Assembly: GCF_018977255.1 (NCBI RefSeq)
Contig: NW_024704742.1
Coordinates: forward strand, 51,400,001 to 51,464,000
DNA: 64,000 nt
Direction: 5' to 3'
From: Callorhinchus milii
Taxonomy: Eukaryota
Every line of letters starts with the position of its first letter. Position 1 is the first letter of the stretch. Both the position numbers and the translations under genes were made by a program. Positions 63,684 to 64,000 of this stretch are shown piece by piece. The notes under the pieces were generated by a model that saw only the letters and a list, made by a program, of their open reading frames with translations, did no database searches and had not been told where the DNA came from.

Positions 63684-64000
63684 GTAAGTAGAGACTGATG
63701 GTGGAAAAAGCCACTGCAGCAAACCTTAACACCAGACGATTAGCTCCATTGGAGATTCAGAGAGTCAGCTTCAAGTCCCAGTGATCAGTCAAAAGTCTTT
63801 TTAAAAACTCAGCTTTCCAATTATAAATGAATTTAAGAATTTTTCACAGTTCTGCACAATCTTAAATTTTAAGACAAATGGTCATCCAGGATAAGATTAG
63901 ATGGAATTTGGGGTCTTTGAACTCAATCTAAACTACACTTAATGTCTATTTATATGGAACACGATAAGTTAGAAGAAGTTATTTTTACATAGAAGATTGT

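Overview
This is eukaryotic vertebrate genomic DNA, most likely from a cartilaginous fish (possibly a holocephalan, inferred from its SINE/L2/CR1 repertoire). It holds three spliced genes of a conserved synteny block: the last 8 coding exons of DCUN1D4 (+, 13362-28841), complete SGCB/beta-sarcoglycan (-, 6 exons, 47194-38223, 312 aa), and the first 7 coding exons of SPATA18/Mieap (+, 54291-63683, running off the window). I read exon boundaries by hand; all are GT-AG and phase-consistent. LRRC66, which lies between DCUN1D4 and SGCB in human, is not detectable. Introns carry a tRNA-headed SINE family, young and old L2 LINEs (longest about 2.5 kb, 5'-truncated and frameshifted), CR1 and RTE remnants, and possible Helitron and MITE relics. 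The divergent SGCB/SPATA18 promoter region (46-55.6 kb) is largely five different tandem arrays, which explain all the very long ORFs. No CRISPR array, prokaryotic feature or clearly new gene system is supported. The best leads are the LRRC66 absence, the repeat-built promoter region, a composite SINE that shares its tail with L2, and inverted-repeat pairs that predict circRNAs.
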